Below are positions 61,806 through 64,000 of a DNA stretch of 64,000 nucleotides, piece by piece. Under the pieces are notes generated by a model. The model searched no databases and was not told the DNA's origin. It saw nothing but the letters and a program-made list of their open reading frames with translations. A program made the position numbers and the translations under genes. The stretch comes from Heptranchias perlo (Eukaryota). Position 1 is the stretch's first letter, and the number at the start of each line of letters is the position of its first letter. The stretch spans positions 35,960,001-36,024,000 of the forward strand of contig NC_090349.1 in the NCBI RefSeq assembly GCF_035084215.1. The letters are read 5' to 3'.

Positions 61806-62991
61806 AGGCCATTCAACGCCTGGAGAAAGTGAGACTAGTGTGCACCGTGCATGCTCCGCCCATTTCTCAATTAAACCCCGATTTGCACATTTAAATGGTC
61901 TCCTGTCTATTTTGGGCAGTAGTTAATTGAACAGCCAGTGCAAACGGAATTGTTAAATCATTAACTGCACCATTATGCATATAAGCAATCAGTGTTAAAT
62001 CAGTCTATGAACTGTTGCTAAAAATCTGAAAGTCTAGAACCCAGATCCTAAATAATGTAAAATCATAAAATGTGCACAATAAATTTATATACAAAAAAAA
62101 TCCGTAATGTCCTGTTACCAGCCCTTTCTCAACATGAAAGCACAGCACCACCTGCAGGTAAATACCAAGCAATCTGCAATTAAATACTACCAATTTATAC
62201 TGTTCTTTAGGTTCGGGTGCATGCCGACAATCCACCTAAAGTGAATTCATCCATGATCACAGCTTTGGGAAAGTGTACTCCACAGGCAGCCTGGACTATT
62301 TATCCTGGTTATTGTAAACTAAAAGGCTAAAGAAATTGGAAAATGCTCCAGTTTTCAAATGCCAATATAAACAGGGATTGTATGATAGAGACCACATCAA
62401 AGGTTGATGCAGCCATTTTCTTAGCCTGAATGTAAAGGATGAGCAAAACTGTTACCCACAACAGTAGCAGCAGGGACCATCGCTATAGTTCTATTTGATT
62501 GCTGCGCATTACAGTCAAGCCCAATTCTGCCCCACCCGATGTCCACGCACGTGCGTGCACACACTTTCTAGTGGTTCACTAGATAGCAATCAGGAGTAGC
62601 TAATTTCCTCCTTCACTAGCCCAAGGATAGATCCAAACTCTTGTGTATATATAATAATCTGAGAAATACAATCTAAAATGACTTCCTCTCACTTGTGCTT
62701 TTTGCTGGTTAGCTGCTGGGACTACTCTGGGGTCCAAGGTCCTATGCAGATACCAAATAGACAGAGATGGGTAGTGAATGATTAGCGACCAAAGTGCATA
62801 GACTGTGGCTGGGCACACAAAGTGTGTAATAGTCAGGCACAGAGTAACTAGAGACCCAGAGGGCAGAGTGTGGCTGAGCACAGCGACTAGCTACGCTGGA
62901 TGTATAGCAGTAGTACAAGGCACCAAAAACCCAATACGGAGGAGTCCCCAGCCAGCAAAGTGACCATAGATACAAACAACAGCAACCAGAG

Positions 62992-64000
62992 TTTTTTTTA
63001 AATTCGTTCACGGGATGTGGGCGTCGCTGGCGAGGCCAGCATTTATTGCCCATCCCTAATTGCCCTTGAGAAGGTGGTGGTGAGCCGCCTTCTTGAACCG
63101 CTGCAGTCCGTGTGGTGACGGTTCTCCCACAGTGCTTTAGGAAGGGAGTTCCAGGATTTTGATCCAGCGACAATGAAGGAACGGCGATATATTTCCAAGT
63201 CGGGATGGTGTGTGACTTGGAGAGGAACGTGCAGGTGGTGTTGTTCCCATGCGCCTGCTGCTCTTGTCCTTCTAGGTGGTAGAGGTCGCGGGTTTGGGAG
63301 GTGCTGTCGAAGAAGCCTTGGCGAGTTGCTGCAGTGCATCCTGTGGATGGTGCACACTGCAGCCACAGTGCGCCGGTGGTGAAGGGAGTGAATGTTTAGG
63401 GTGGTGGATGGGGTGCCAGTCAAGCGGGCTGCTTTATCTTGGATGGTGTCGAGCTTCTTGAGTGTTGTTGGAGCTGCACTCATCCAGGCAAGTGGAGAGT
63501 ATTCCATCACACTCCTGACTTGTGCCTTGTAGATGGTGGAAAGGCTTTGGGGAGTCAGGAGGTGAGTCACTCGCCACAGAATACCCAGCCTCTGACCTGC
63601 TCTCGTAGCCACAGTATTTATATGGCTGGTCCAGTTAAGTTTCTGGTCAATGGTGACCCCCAGGATGTTGATGGTGGGGGATTCGGTGATGGTAATGCCG
63701 TTGAATGTCAAGGGGAGGTGGTTAGACTCTCTCTTGTTGGAGATGGTCATCGCCTGGCACTTATCTGGCGCGAATGTTACTTGCCACTTATCAGCCCAAG
63801 CCTGGATGTTGTCCAGGTCTTGCTGCATGCGGGCTCGGACTGCTTCATTATCTGAGGGGTTGCGAATGGAACTGAACACTGTGCAGTCATCAGCGAACAT
63901 CCCCATTTCTGACCTTATGATGGAGGGAAGGTCATTGATGAAGCAGCTGAAGATGGTTGGGCCTAGGACACTGCCCTGAGGAACTCCTGCAGCAATGTCC
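62992..64000 (-). mobile_element. Young copy of LINE family B (RT C-terminal half, runs off window end)
   Basis: ORF 63043..63906(-) is open for 287 aa with FADD, WADKWQVTF and YKAQVRSVMEY. GVPQGSVLGP lies just upstream. Poly(A) at 62992-62999. Confidence 0.95.

Noticed and set aside
63043-63906. 287 aa ORF as a host gene
   Set aside because: It is the RT C-terminal part of a multicopy LINE with a poly(A) tail.

Overview
This is vertebrate nuclear DNA, most likely from a shark or other cartilaginous fish, judging by its repeat complement: CR1, L2, Deu-domain SINEs and Penelope remnants. No protein-coding exon could be recognised. The recognisable ORFs are decayed retrotransposon endonuclease/RT fragments, and the rest look like noise. 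A CpG-island promoter at about 52.85-53.46 kb appears to drive a minus-strand gene with a short non-coding first exon (donor at 52891). If so, 1-52.9 kb is probably one very long intron of an unidentified gene. Two systems stand out. (1) Five 90-240 bp Penelope-type inserts carry a minimal hammerhead ribozyme and have 12-14 bp target-site duplications. Three of them are folded back into near-perfect ~95-100 bp-arm palindromes, and all five are cut off 5-16 nt upstream of the ribozyme core. (2) A ~3.2 kb endonuclease+RT LINE has no ORF1, begins with a tRNA-derived Pol III (SINE-type) head, and its sense strand is almost free of T4 terminators. Boundaries of old repeats are approximate and were read by eye.
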